Shown here piece by piece: positions 41,201 to 57,265 of a stretch of DNA of 64,000 nucleotides. The first letter of the stretch is position 1. Every line of letters starts with the position of its first letter. Source of the DNA: Pocillopora damicornis (Eukaryota); the NCBI RefSeq assembly GCF_003704095.1, contig NW_020846109.1, positions 310,001-374,000 of the forward strand, given 5' to 3'. The notes beneath the pieces were generated by a model, which saw only the letters and a program-made list of their open reading frames with translations, was not told the origin of the DNA and searched no databases. A program made the position numbers and the translations under genes.

Positions 41201-42917
41201 TGAATCATCAAATTCAGTTAAATTTGTGTCAAATTTCCAGCTAGAGATAAACCTGGAAGTTTGTATCACACTAGATTCACTGAAGAAACCTTTTCTTTCA
41301 TATTCAACCATTCTCTTCAGTACAGCACCAACAGGCAGCTTGGTCAGGGGAGTCCTCTGCTGCAGAAGGATGTCAAGTACTTGAATAAATAGATCAACAG
41401 ACAACCTGGAAATGATTAGTGCTATATCAATTCAATGCCTAACATGGTTTTGTTAATTATTGTATGCAATATATGTTGAACATCATAGACTCCTGTTAAC
41501 CCTCGGTTGCATAAATTTGGAAAATTATTTTCAAGATAACTAGAGCGGAGCTCTCAAAAACATATCTACTCACTATGCATGCCAGCCCCAGTCCCCCTCT
41601 ACATAAGACTTGCATTCACACTAATACTGATAAAAATTACACTAAAATAATAATCACAATAAAAATGTCAGACCCAGAACTTAGGGTGAAAAGAACCTGC
41701 AAAATAAGAGTTTGGTCCCAAGACAATTTTGGTTAGGGCTTATCTCATTACAGAATCCCTTTCCTTGATCCACCACCATCGCAATATCCAATATTTCATA
41801 GATATTTATATTTTTATGTTTGCAGGGTTAGACTCCCATGCTTTGTTTATTTCTGAGTAACTTCTCATAAGAATTAAATTGACAGCTTTCTCGGAGAAAG
41901 TATTTATAAGTTCTGACAAAGAAAAAGAAAGATATTACTTTTTTTTTACACCTTTCTCGCTTCCCTATATGCTCCTTCTTAATGTATGTAACTGAAAATG
42001 TACAAGAATAAAAATTACTGGTGACAATAAAGGCCAAAAAAGTCTTGAAGAGTATTGCTATAGTTGTGATTGTCAGAACTTACATGTGTAATGTGAAGCC
42101 CTCAAAGAGGCCTCAATCTCCTATATGTGGGTGGGTCAAAAGGTTATCAATGATAAAAACTTACACCGATAATAATAAACAACATTAATCAAGAATATCT
42201 CAACGGACAATTGCCACTTCATATTACATGTACGTGTTACCTCGCGCAAGCTAAAGAGACAAGAGCCGCCACTAGACTCTCTCGCTTTACTCCACACCGA
42301 GCCAGTTCCTCCTTTCTACTGATATTTTCTTCATCGTTGGCTTGCTGGAGCCATTTGAACAACAAATTAGCCAAACCTTTGATGCAGCTTGTAGGCTCAG
42401 CTGCGAGAGAGTTTGGAGCGCAATTTTGAAGACACTGAAGTAACAATTCTGAACACTGTCCAGCTAAAGAAGGATCTGTTCGGCTTTGAGATTCTAAAAT
42501 AGGAACTAGAAGAAGAAGGCTAACATGGGACGAAAAAGAATCATCCTGAAAAGGAACTTTCGGTTTTCCCTCTTTGGAATCAACAGCAGGAGGGCAAGAA
42601 TTTTTCGACGATAATGGTATTATCTTGGATTTCTGTGACTGCCAGAGGCCAAGCAAAGCACGCTGACGATAATCAAAAAGCTTGTAGTATGAGCTGTGTT
42701 GTAGAGCACATGTTTTCAGAAGGCGTTTGCGAAGTTCCGCGTTTGAAGAAGTTTCAAACTTGTGCTCCGAAATGCGCTCCACGAATGTGGAGTGCTCTGT
42801 GGAGATTGCAGGCGGTTGGAGAACCTCCACAAGAAATTTAAGGCCATCGTCAAGAAAAATACTTTGTTCAGTGACAGAAGACCAAGCATCAGAGTCAGTT
42901 GTAACCGTATTTGTCAT
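7514..42917 (-). CDS. HECTD4: Probable E3 ubiquitin-protein ligase HECTD4 (central SPRY domain, C-terminal HECT domain), multi-exon, ~4,200 aa
   Basis: Exons traced by hand, 5'->3': 42917-42241, 41405-41085, 40267-40129, 39411-39078, 38637-38500, 37852-37745, 37374-37240, 37076-36521, 36019-35899, 35421-35329, 35134-35063, 34545-34324, 33923-33684, 33344-33120, 32935-32775, 32250-32084, 31766-31435, 31270-31182, 30517-30303, 30234-29978, 29501-29332, 28768-28458, 28089-27930, 27361-26933, 26790-26512, 26103-25740, 25194-25039, 24851-24685, 22945-22576, 22201-22050, 21881-21656, 20796-20559, 19552-19298, 19077-18821, 18173-17912, (candidate microexons 17828-17812, 17632-17623), 17383-16993, 16643-15839, 15274-13845, 13261-13071, 12716-12450, 11860-11705, 11511-11408, 11188-11120, 10719-10567, 9956-9829, 9543-9348, 8952-8869, 8366-8225, 7656-7514. 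Splice phases are mutually consistent. The N-terminus (DSDAWSSVTEQSIFLDDGL), the SPRY exons (SFYWEIELC...VYFTCNGE...LWPVLHIQKKNVRVRVNFG) and the C-terminus (RYIRVETCMFMVKLPQYS...REDPL, with the HECT catalytic Cys) match HECTD4. Confidence 0.93.
11916..12089. other. Assembly gap (174 N)
   Basis: Run of N within a HECTD4 intron. The flanking exons join in frame across it. Confidence 0.99.
19799..20147. mobile_element. Short non-coding element with a subterminal inverted repeat and a long terminal hairpin
   Basis: A perfect 22-bp IR (19799-19820 / 19994-20015) is followed by a ~120-bp palindrome (20019-20138) with perfect 23-bp and 16-bp stems. Confidence 0.7.
20158..20345. repeat. (CAT)n/(CGT)n trinucleotide microsatellite region
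   Basis: A pure CAT run at ~20237-20268 sits within degenerate GTC/CAT triplets. Confidence 0.9.
21150..21637. mobile_element. Cluster of three MITE copies (partial A ~21150-21280; partial B ~21285-21420; full B 21426-21637 in the opposite orientation)
   Basis: CCCTTTAACTCCC...GGGAGTTAGATGGTCAA termini. CCCAAGATCTG at ~21297 pairs with CAGATCTTGGG at ~21613, and GAGAATTTGGTGT pairs with ACACCAAATTCTC. Confidence 0.7.
23203..24488. mobile_element. Non-autonomous TIR DNA transposon with hAT-like termini
   Basis: Perfect TIR CAGGGTTTGAGC...GCTCAAACCCTG, flanked on both sides by GACATC (6-bp TSD). Subterminal GGGGACAA(A/T)TTGTCCCCT palindromes occur at both ends (~23231 and ~24416). No transposase ORF. 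Confidence 0.85.
27424..27635. mobile_element. Degenerate MITE (subfamily B)
   Basis: TTAATCCTTTA...TTGAAAAGGTTTTAA, 212 bp. Internal CTTGTAAATTAG and GAGAAT words match the 21285 copy. Confidence 0.55.
30630..30832. mobile_element. Degenerate MITE (subfamily A)
   Basis: Contains ACATTTCCT...GACAAGGAGAATTTGTTT...GGTGATCATTTC and ends GAAAGGGTCAA. The left end is eroded. Confidence 0.55.
37440..37590. repeat. Degenerate ~21-bp minisatellite
   Basis: Recurrent TGGTTTGC(T/C)AA(C/T)AACTT units in a HECTD4 intron. Confidence 0.55.
38015..38315. mobile_element. Degenerate element with IR and terminal hairpin (same architecture as 19799)
   Basis: Imperfect IR TTAGCATACACCA / TGGTATCTGTGCTAA, an internal CTGATTGG, then the hairpin AATTATTCACCA..GTGGTGGATATTTAC..GTAAACATCCCCCAC..TGGTGAACAATT (~38210-38310). 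Confidence 0.55.
39597..39812. mobile_element. piggyBac-like MITE (subfamily B)
   Basis: Colinear with the 21426 copy (TATCCAA-AAACAG-TAATGA, ACACCAAATTCT, ACAAGGAA, CAGATCTTG). Ends TTAAGGGTTAA. Confidence 0.7.
40508..40947 (+). mobile_element. Degenerate tRNA-derived SINE
   Basis: Eroded A/B-box-like head (GGCCTGGTGGTTGG...TTTAAGCCCTGACCAGG), AAGACACTGAACT...TCCACCCAGGAGTA core, and CATG-ACAGAAACC...GACTTTACC tail. This resembles a common cnidarian SINE (recognised from memory, not by search). A related inverted copy lies at ~51110-51355. Confidence 0.5.
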
Positions 42918-43095
42918 GTTTCATTCATTTCGATCCCGAAAAAGAAAGCGGTGATCATCATGGTAGCTAAGCTTTTGCTGATCTTTGAATTTGCCTCGCT
43001 TTAATGCTCCTAGGGTGACGCACTGGTCACGCAAAATGTCGATCACGAGAGAGAAAGCGTGACCTTTTTACATGAGGATCAATCAAAATTTCAAT
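42918..43095. promoter_or_regulatory. Bidirectional promoter HECTD4/GTF2H3
   Basis: The two start codons diverge with only 178 bp between them. The region is CpG-rich and has a cluster of G(G/A)TCAC(G) motifs on both strands. A YY1-like AATATGGCGG overlaps the GTF2H3 ATG. Confidence 0.75.
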
Positions 43096-46000
43096 ATGGC
43101 GGACGGTGAGACACCTCAATCTATATGCCAAATTTGTATCTAAATATCACGATTAAGAAACTAATGAGGGGATATTTTTTTTCAGAAAATATTTCAAATC
43201 TACTGGTGGTTATTCTTGACGCCAATCCAGTGTGGTGGGGAAGAGCTGGTAACGAAGATCAACAGCGGGTTAGCTTAAATTTGATTTCTACCAACTAACT
43301 TTAAGGAAACTTATAAGCGTAGAGAGACTACTCTATCAAATATCTGAGAGGAAACTTGTGTTTTTATTGCAATCTTCGACGCTGTAGTTTTAAGGTAGTC
43401 TATTGTAGCCCTTTCACTTCATTTAAAGATCTTGGAGCGAGTTTTCTCTCATTTATGGATCGTGAATTTCTTTCTGAGCTGGTCTGGAAAATTGATGATA
43501 TAAATTATCGAAACAAAATCTTCTATTTTATGTTTAGTTAAGTCTCACAACTCGTCTGCTTTACTTTGTATTGAAATTGTAGGGAGAATTGACATATATG
43601 CTATCTTGATTCGTCAAGGGAGTCATGGGATTAAGATTACTTTACATGTGCATTTGGCAAGTTCCAGAGAATTGATGGCCTATTGAGTTTTAAAAAGAGA
43701 CAGTCAAACTTTTTTGCATGAACCAGGTCTCATTTTAAATTTCAGATTTTTATTTTGCATTTCAGATCAGTTTGACACACTGTGTGGACAGCCTCATGGT
43801 GTTTTGTAATGCACATTTGATGATGCAGCACAACAACTGCCTTTCTTTTATCATTTCACACACTAGTACAAGGTATGAGCAGGCACAAGTCAATTTCATA
43901 CTCAAATAGCTGATGGTGTAATTTTCAGGTACATGAGTAGTAGCAGTATACCTGCCAACTTCCATGTTTTGAGCTTGAGGATCATCTCTGGAGGAAAACC
44001 TCAAAGGATCTTTAAGGATCTTTGAAGATTGTCAAAGACTTGCTAAAGATCCCTAATGCCAAGGATATTTAATAATTGCAATAATTTTGTATCTCACATA
44101 GTAAGTTTGTGTTTCCGAAAGATGACTCTGGTGAGGAAATCAGTAATAATGATCAAAAAGAGCTTCCAACAGATGGGAAATATGAAGGCTTCGCTGAAGT
44201 AAATGATGCCATCATTACAGAAATGAAGAGTCTGTTGTCTACAGAAGATTTAACAGGTACAAAACCCAGTATGTTGATAAAAGTTATCTGTTTAGGTCAG
44301 AATGATTAAATCCAATCAAATTAGTCTAAACTTGTTATAACCTGAAATCATTTTCAACAAGAACATGTAATTGTGTTCTCTTGATCTGATTATTATGGAT
44401 AATGTTTTCAACCCTTAAAATACCTGATACACTTATGCCTTTTCTAATCCCTATATTTTTGTTTAACAATGTAAATCAAAAGTAATCATGAATGTTTAAA
44501 TTAGCAGTCTTAGAGAGATCTGCTTTTGTTGACCAACAGATAACCAAACCACTGAATTGCCTCCAACACTTCTTGCCAGTGCCTTAACAATGGCCTTGTG
44601 TTGTATCCTTATTTTAAAGAGGATTAACCCTTTAACTCCAAGAAGGGGTCAGATATATTATTTATCCTCATTATGAACACATTTACTTTGTTTATTTGCC
44701 AACAACTTATGTGAAGGGATGAGCTTATCAGCTGGTGAGAACTTAACATAACACCCAAAAGGAATTCTCCAAACCCTAACTAATTTTCAATGAAAAGTGT
44801 AATAGCACAACAACCTTTGAAGTGGTGTGAATAACATGTGCCCCAATTTTACTGGCCTTAAAGTGTTTCAGAAGAGATAAAATTATATATAACACTTAAC
44901 AAAAATTAGATATCCACAGAGCTGAAAAAGAATGCCCAGGTAACAATTTTTGTTTTCTTGTGACCAACTTTGGTAGGGGATACAAACCAGAGGGCCTGTA
45001 ATATTCTCCTATGGCGTCGTAGTTAAAAAATGTACCTATACACAATTGAGAGCTAAATGAACTCTTATCTTTCATGTATACTTTTACTAAACCCTTTTCC
45101 CAATAAATATACCTGTTTGGAAACACCACAGCTACTTAATAAACTACTGGGTATATTTTAGACACCCTCTATCTCAAACTAAAGCCTGCTGTGGCCCAAG
45201 TGATAGTTAGTTTTTAGTTCATTAGGTTTAGCTGTTTGATGCAAATTGTTTTTTAAACAAATCTTTCTTTCTAATTAGTTGGACAGAAGATCAAGTCTCG
45301 GATTATGGTAAGCACAACAAGGCAATAACCTGAAAAATGAATAATTTAGGTTAAAATATGTTTTGTTAAATGCAGTTGTGCCTTCTGCACTAAATCTGCA
45401 TTTTTCTGTTTTCAAGTTTCCAAAATCTTTTACACTGTTACTCCCATAAGTGAGAAAAAATTAATGTAACTTCAATCTGCCAGTAATATCAATACATTTT
45501 GTAACAAGACTTATCTTGATTTGGCCCCACACCAAGAAAAAGGCATAACAGGGGGAAAGGAAAATTATGAATCAGATTGTGCAAGTTAAAGTTTAACCAT
45601 CACTCTAATCTTTCATCTCCTGTAGGTTCTCAAAGCTGCACCCGATGTCTCTACACAGTATATGCCTATAATGAACTGCATATTTGCTGCTCAAAAAAGT
45701 GTGAGTGAAAAATTGTATTCTTTCATAGTCACATTGAAATTTATCTTTCTTTGATCAAGTGATCTGTTTTGAGATTTTTTAAAAATATCCAAGTGCGATT
45801 TCTAAGTATTTGATGCATATTTTCAACCTTCTTTTTCATTTGTTTGTAATTGTTTACTGATTTTTCCAGAATACAGTGATTGATGCTTGTGTAGTGGATG
45901 AGCACTCAGGATTCTTGCAGCAGGTGTGTGGTGCAGCACTGAAAATAAACTAGTAGATGAGTTTTTTTTTGAGCTAGTAATATTATTGTTATTGATTGAA

Positions 46001-47909
46001 GTAGTCACTGTGGTTATTTTGTCTTTGTAGGCTGCTGACATTACAGGTGGAATGTACCTAAAAGTGCCACAGACTCTTGCATTGCTTCAATACCTCCTGG
46101 TGCGTGTGTGATTGAAATCTATTTATAAGTGCACTGATGACATAGACACATTTTCAGGTGGAAAATTAGGAATATTTAGGTTAAAGGGAGAAAAAAGAGA
46201 TCAGTGCTCTGGTATGAAATCAGAGCAGCTGCAGCTCCCCAACAGGAGAGATTAGTAGACAACCTTTAACTCAGAGGTGTTCCCAACAACTCTTAAGAGT
46301 TCATTGATAACGAGAAGGAGTTCAGGAACAACTTGAGGCTGTCCACAAACAATTCCTAAGAGTTCCCTTACAACTCTCACAAGTCTAAGGACAATCCATA
46401 GTAGGGTGGGGACATCTCAGAGGAGTCTACCAACAACTCAGAGAAGCTTGCTGACAACTCTAAGCAACTCACAGGAGTTTGTCAATGACTTACCCTTGAT
46501 ACCATCACCAACTGATTTTCATAATGAAAATCTGTTAGTTTCTCTCTTGAAATATCTTGTTTCACAGAAATACTCCATCTTTCATCTAAGTTAGTTTTAC
46601 ACACATCTTTTTTTTCATTTCAGTGGGTGTTCCTTCCAGAGCCAACAGTCCGTGATCAATTAATCCTTCCTTCATCAATGCACATTGACTACAGAGCTGC
46701 TTGTTTCTGCCACAGAAGACTTGTTGATATTGGATTTGTTTGTTCAGTGTGTTTATCAAGTAAGACTAAGTAAAAACTCATATTCATCTTTCAAAGACTA
46801 CATTTATGAATCAGTCTTTAGAAGGTCTCAGAAAATGGTATCATTTTGCGCATTTCCCATGGGTTTGGTTGGAGAAAAACCCATGCAGGATTTTGGGAAA
46901 TGATCAATTGAACTAAGATACTAGTGGGGTCTCCTGAAACACAAAGGATGTAATTGTGCCAGTAAACCCATAAATAGAGATGTTACAACTTTCATCTAGC
47001 TATTTGATATTCCAGTTTCTATAAGTTTACTGGCTCGTAATACCATTTAGTTTTTTGACTAATCTGAGCATTCATTGGAAATCTGTCATTTTCAAGTGGA
47101 GATTTACCTTCAGATTGCGCAGGAAAAATCAAGACACATCAAAGAGTACAGCTGTCAGTCTTCTTTTCAGTTGTTCTTTGTAATGTCTGGCATCACTCTT
47201 GTGAGCTCAATGTGACATTCAAAGGAACCACTGCAAAGGTGACTGTATGCAGCAGCCAACATACATAGGAACTAGTTATTGTAATTTTCTTGTTACAGAT
47301 GTAGGATAGCTTCTTAGATTTTTTTTCATTTGACTTGCGTTGCAGTTTATTGCCAGTTCATTCCTGTCTGTCTCACTTGCCAGTAAGTTTACCTGAATTC
47401 TTGATCGAAGTGCCTTGTGAATAAAGTTGTAAACAAATGTACCGGTACTAAACAAGGTATTAAAAAATGAGAAAAACTTAAACAAGGATTGCAATGGTTT
47501 TGATTTAATGTACTCTGAGAGTGGTTCAGTAATGAAGGGAAATCAGAAAGCAAAGCTAAGACCAATTTTTGATTGGCTGCAAATAATCTTTTTTGGTTTG
47601 ATAATGCTCACTTGAAAAAAACAGTTGAAACCACCATTGTCAAGTCATTATCACAGGACAGTACAATTTTTGCGGATGTCAGGCAGAGAGCCAATTTTCA
47701 CTTCTTGCAATACTCTAAGGTGTTGAGGCTCCACAGGAGCTCCACTATCAGAGGTTAGGCCTCCTAAGAAATTTCTTTCAGATTTATGTTTGTTTACATT
47801 TACTATCTCTTGTACTCATTTCTTCTACAGGACAAGATTCAAACTTCCAGCACTTCCTCTAGCAAGACCAAAGAAGAAAAAGAAAGAAAACACTGCTCCT
47901 GGGAAATGA
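43096..47909 (+). CDS. GTF2H3: General transcription factor IIH subunit 3 (p34/Tfb4), multi-exon
   Basis: Exons 43096-43105, 43186-43268, 43766-43872, 44102-44256, 44540-44602, 44910-44939, 45279-45307, 45626-45700, 45870-45923, 46031-46099, 46624-46759, 47346-47382, 47831-47909. The joined protein has [57 protein letters not shown], and the C-terminal zinc finger [36 protein letters not shown] followed by a basic tail. All are typical of TFIIH p34. AATAAA at 47972-47977. Confidence 0.93.
44603..44909 (+). other. U12-type (minor spliceosome) GT-AG intron in GTF2H3
   Basis: The 5' site is GTATCCTT. A branch-site-like CACTTAAC sits at 44893-44900, 9 nt before the 3' end, with no polypyrimidine tract. 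Removing the intron restores ALC-Y-IHR. Confidence 0.85.
44624..44870. mobile_element. Degenerate MITE inside the U12 intron
   Basis: Left terminus TTAACCCTTTAACTCC is clear. The right end is uncertain. Confidence 0.45.
46260..46490. repeat. Degenerate ~21-bp minisatellite
   Basis: Recurrent ACAACTC...GAGTT units in a GTF2H3 intron. Confidence 0.55.
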
Positions 47910-48859
47910 GATTTATTGTCCTTTCTCTTGTAGCTGTAACTTGTACAAATTGTTTAGTCAGACATATTTATAATAAAAAGTGTTATTTGTTAAAAATAGT
48001 CTAATTTTTTTAATTCTTGCTAAAATGAGTGAACCTTGATCCCAGATCAAACTTCAGGCTTAACAAGATGAAAAAATTTAATTGCAAGTTTGAAAAATCC
48101 TTTGTTGTAACCCATTTATATTACAATCCACAAATTAAAGTAAAGTTCAACTTCTGACTTTAATAGGCCTCAATCTGGTATTCAAAAAGGCATCTAAGGG
48201 GAGGAGGAGTAGTTCAAGGTTGCATGTGACCCCCCTCTTTGTCAATAATATGATGCCAGTAAAACAATAATGCATTACCCCCTTCCTTACCCTCAGGGTA
48301 ATTCCCACAATGCCTTGATATATCTATAAATGTATATCACGATCAAGAAATACAGTGATCAAGTTAAGTGAAACACATCACTCTTCCTTTTCACCAATGA
48401 AGCAAGTAAGAGCAGAAAAAATTATTTATCCCCATAGACACTGTATCTCTAACTTCTTCATATACTAAAAACATACTTTAAATCAATAAAATAGTGCAAG
48501 GACAGTTTGGAAATTAACAGATATCTGAGAAATGAGGATGCCAATCCTGCAATTAATAATAATTAAGCATAATTGAGCATAACTTAGAGGAGGTGACTCT
48601 CATTCAAACAGACACATCAATGGAATACCCGGATTTGGACATGTTTTGAACACAGTGAGGACCAAAACAACAATCCATGATAACAGTACATGAATCCGTA
48701 AACACATGTCAACTGTTCAGCTAATCACCAATAAGTTTTAAATTAAAGACAACTGAGCATAATTGTGATGTTTCCCACATGGTTGACAATTATTTACACA
48801 ATATTACATTTATTTAGCAACACCATGCTAAAGTTACACGACACTTAAATAAAGTTTAT

Positions 48860-48863
48860 TATC

Positions 48864-48894
<31 letters not shown>

Positions 48895-48906
48895 TCATCA
48901 TCATCA
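48860..48906. repeat. (CAT)n microsatellite in the MAPK7 3' region
   Basis: TATCACCATCATCATCATCGTCATCATCATCATCATCATCATCATCA. Confidence 0.9.
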
Positions 48907-48943
48907 GTATTTAATTTATTACAATGATACATATCTAGAGACA

Positions 48944-54610
<5,667 letters not shown>

Positions 54611-55241
54611 AAGTGAAGTAATCACATACTTTCCCTTACAATTAAATTGCTTATGCCATAATTGCTATCAATAATTAGAGTAATAAATACTTGGAATGTG
54701 CTTCTTGCAATCACTCTTGCACCCAGGATAATAGGCAGTAGTGATTTTCAATGCATAAGAAAAAGCTTGTAACAATTGAAAGGCATGAATGCATGTTATA
54801 GGTAACAAAGACAACATTTTCCATTTAACTCAAAATAATCTTTAGTGTCAATTTGTTGAATAGGTTTCATTCAGTTCAGGGAGAAGCCAGAAGGTTAATT
54901 TCAGAGAAGCGAGGGGGACAAATAAGAGAAAGTTAACTCGTAAACATAGGAGTTTTCTGTATTCACAGTTTGCTGTCTTGAGCTTCTCTAACGGGTCAGT
55001 CTGAGATGCGAAATAAAAGCATTAAACAAGAAGGCCAGTTGATAGGTTGTTACCCCACAAAGTTAAAGGAGGCTTCATCTGGACGACCACAACAATATTC
55101 TCATCATTAAAATGCTAAAAGACAGTGCTGAAATTTTAATTTTTTTTTATTTGGTATCAATATTGCAATGGATCACACACATCATCTCTTGAAGGACAAG
55201 TATCATTTCACAAAATTCCTCTATGTTAAAAAAAATAATTG

Positions 55242-55453
55242 TTAACCCTTTCACTCCCAAAATCTCATCAATTACTTTCCTTACTATCTGCCATACAATT
55301 CTTATGATATTAGTTTGGAGAATTTGGTATTGGATCAACCAAAAATCTCCTAATCGCCATTCTTCTTTACTCTCATCACTTGTCTGCTTTATATTGAATT
55401 GACACTGTAAGGAGAAATTCCCTCTTGGTCACTCATGGGAGTTAAAGGGTTAA
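55242..55453. mobile_element. piggyBac-like MITE (subfamily B)
   Basis: TTAACCCTTTCACTCCCA...TGGGAGTTAAAGGGTTAA, with 17/18 inverted match including TTAA. 212 bp, lying 6 nt past the VKORC1 stop codon. Confidence 0.8.
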
Positions 55454-55459
55454 TACTAC

Positions 55460-56816
55460 TTATTCTTTTTTCTTTTTTCTATCTCCTTTTTCCCCTGCAG
55501 ACCTCACTGTAATCAGGCTAATGACCAACAGGATTGCATTCACCACATATGTTGAAATACACACAACACATGTGTCATGTAAGATGTAGAAGAGAATGTA
55601 GCCTAGATATATCGATCCTGCACAAGACATTAGTGAAAATAGGAACATCAGCCAGGCTGCAAACTTGTTGGAGGACAGACCTGAGGCAAAAATTCAAAAA
55701 ATATACCCTCTCAGTACTAGGACTAATCAAGGTAAATTTTCTCCTGGTAATGTTGAAAAAAGTGATGTAAATATGGAAAATTATCAATTTCAGAGAATGA
55801 ACTTCATGTATTACTGCATATTACACTAGTACTGAAATTATAAATGTTATGAAAATCACCGCTCCGAAACTATTTTTTTTACCAGCACTTCAGAGAACTT
55901 ATCAAAGAAGCTTACTTCATCTCTCTCAACTGCAGATTAAAGATTAAATATGTTTCTTTTTATAAAGTAATCCACTAAAAGTAGGTTAATTGACATCTTC
56001 CTTTTCAGATATAATTTTTTCTTCTTCTACATATTGGTAGATTAATATAGCAATTAGAGTCTTAAAATCTATCAACCCACTTCAATTTTCTACAGGCCCA
56101 TTTTTGAGCACAGATTATAATCTGTCTATACTTTTTCTAGAGAGTACACTGATGGAAAAAAGTGTTGAAATTAATTGGCAGTAATATTGAATTTACCCTT
56201 TACACCATTAGATTGTTATGCATATTCTCTACACATTTCCTGATTTATTTAACAATCAAGAGCTTCTTTAGTTGTAATCATTTCCAGTATTTTTGATGTT
56301 AATGTTTGACTCAGGGGTGATATTCTGAGAAGAAATTAGATGTTAGTCACCCTTAGGACTTAAAGGGTTAAGTAATGACTATCCTTACCAAGGAGAAACA
56401 TCAAAAGGTAGAAAATAATCCCAAAAATACTGTTAGGAACATTGAGAGGTGAATCTTTCCCCATGAGTGGCTCCACTAAGCCAAAACCAGTTCCATACCT
56501 GGAGGAAAGAATTTGCATCCAAAAGGAGATTCCATAATGAATAATACTACACAATGTTCTAGTAATATAGTCATGCACATTGTACTTGTCAAATACGAGT
56601 TTCATACAGAAAAAAAAAATTGTCAAAAACTGACACAAGAAAAGTCACATACTTTGACGAAAATACTTTTGAGCAGCTCATGTGTTCATTGATGTCACAG
56701 AGAGCTTTGTATTCTTTATTGTGTTCCTTTGATATCTCCACATGAAGAGCATAAACTGACAAAGCTATACCAGCAACACAGGCCAGGAAACGAATTACCC
56801 CGAGACAGCTTACCAT
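55460..56816 (-). CDS. VKORC1: Vitamin K epoxide reductase (VKORC1/VKORC1L1 family)
   Basis: Exons 56816-56653, 56498-56389, 55680-55460. The protein has [10 protein letters not shown], the loop cysteines [31 protein letters not shown], the redox CXXC motif (CVVC) followed by STY, and a C-terminal lysine-rich ER-retrieval-like tail (KKKKE). A probable 5'UTR intron lies at 57265-56846 (GTAAGT donor, TTATTCTCAG acceptor). Confidence 0.92.
56192..56371. mobile_element. piggyBac-like MITE (subfamily A, internal deletion)
   Basis: TTTACCCTTTAC...TTAAAGGGTTAA, in a VKORC1 intron. Shares AACAATCAAGAGCTT and GAAATT(A/T)GATGTTAG with the copy at 60048. Confidence 0.72.
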
Positions 56817-57265
56817 GGCCAATAAAAATCGACTAGATTGTTCTCCTGAGAATAAAAAGGAAAAAAAAAGAAATTTAGACGTACACCTTGAATTTTCTTT
56901 AACGTTTTGGCCTGGAATCGTATCTAAGGAAAATCTTACTGCTGAAGGGATATGGTTTTTGAAAACATCATTTAACAGCTCCTCCCTCAATCCTTGATCT
57001 GCTGAACTTTGATGTTCGAACCCTAAAAAATTTTCTATTTTCCCCTTTCATTTCAATAAATAACACAACAAAATTAAGAATATTTCATCTCTTTACAAGA
57101 AACATATTTTACATGAAGGTGTTAATTAAGATTCCCTTAACAAACACCTGAACAAAGTTGAATGTACACTTATTTTAAGCTTACGTTACGAATAATGTTG
57201 ACTGAATATTCGATTTGTGGTTCTAAATGAAATCACGGCTAGAATGGTGAGCTCCAGTTACTTAC

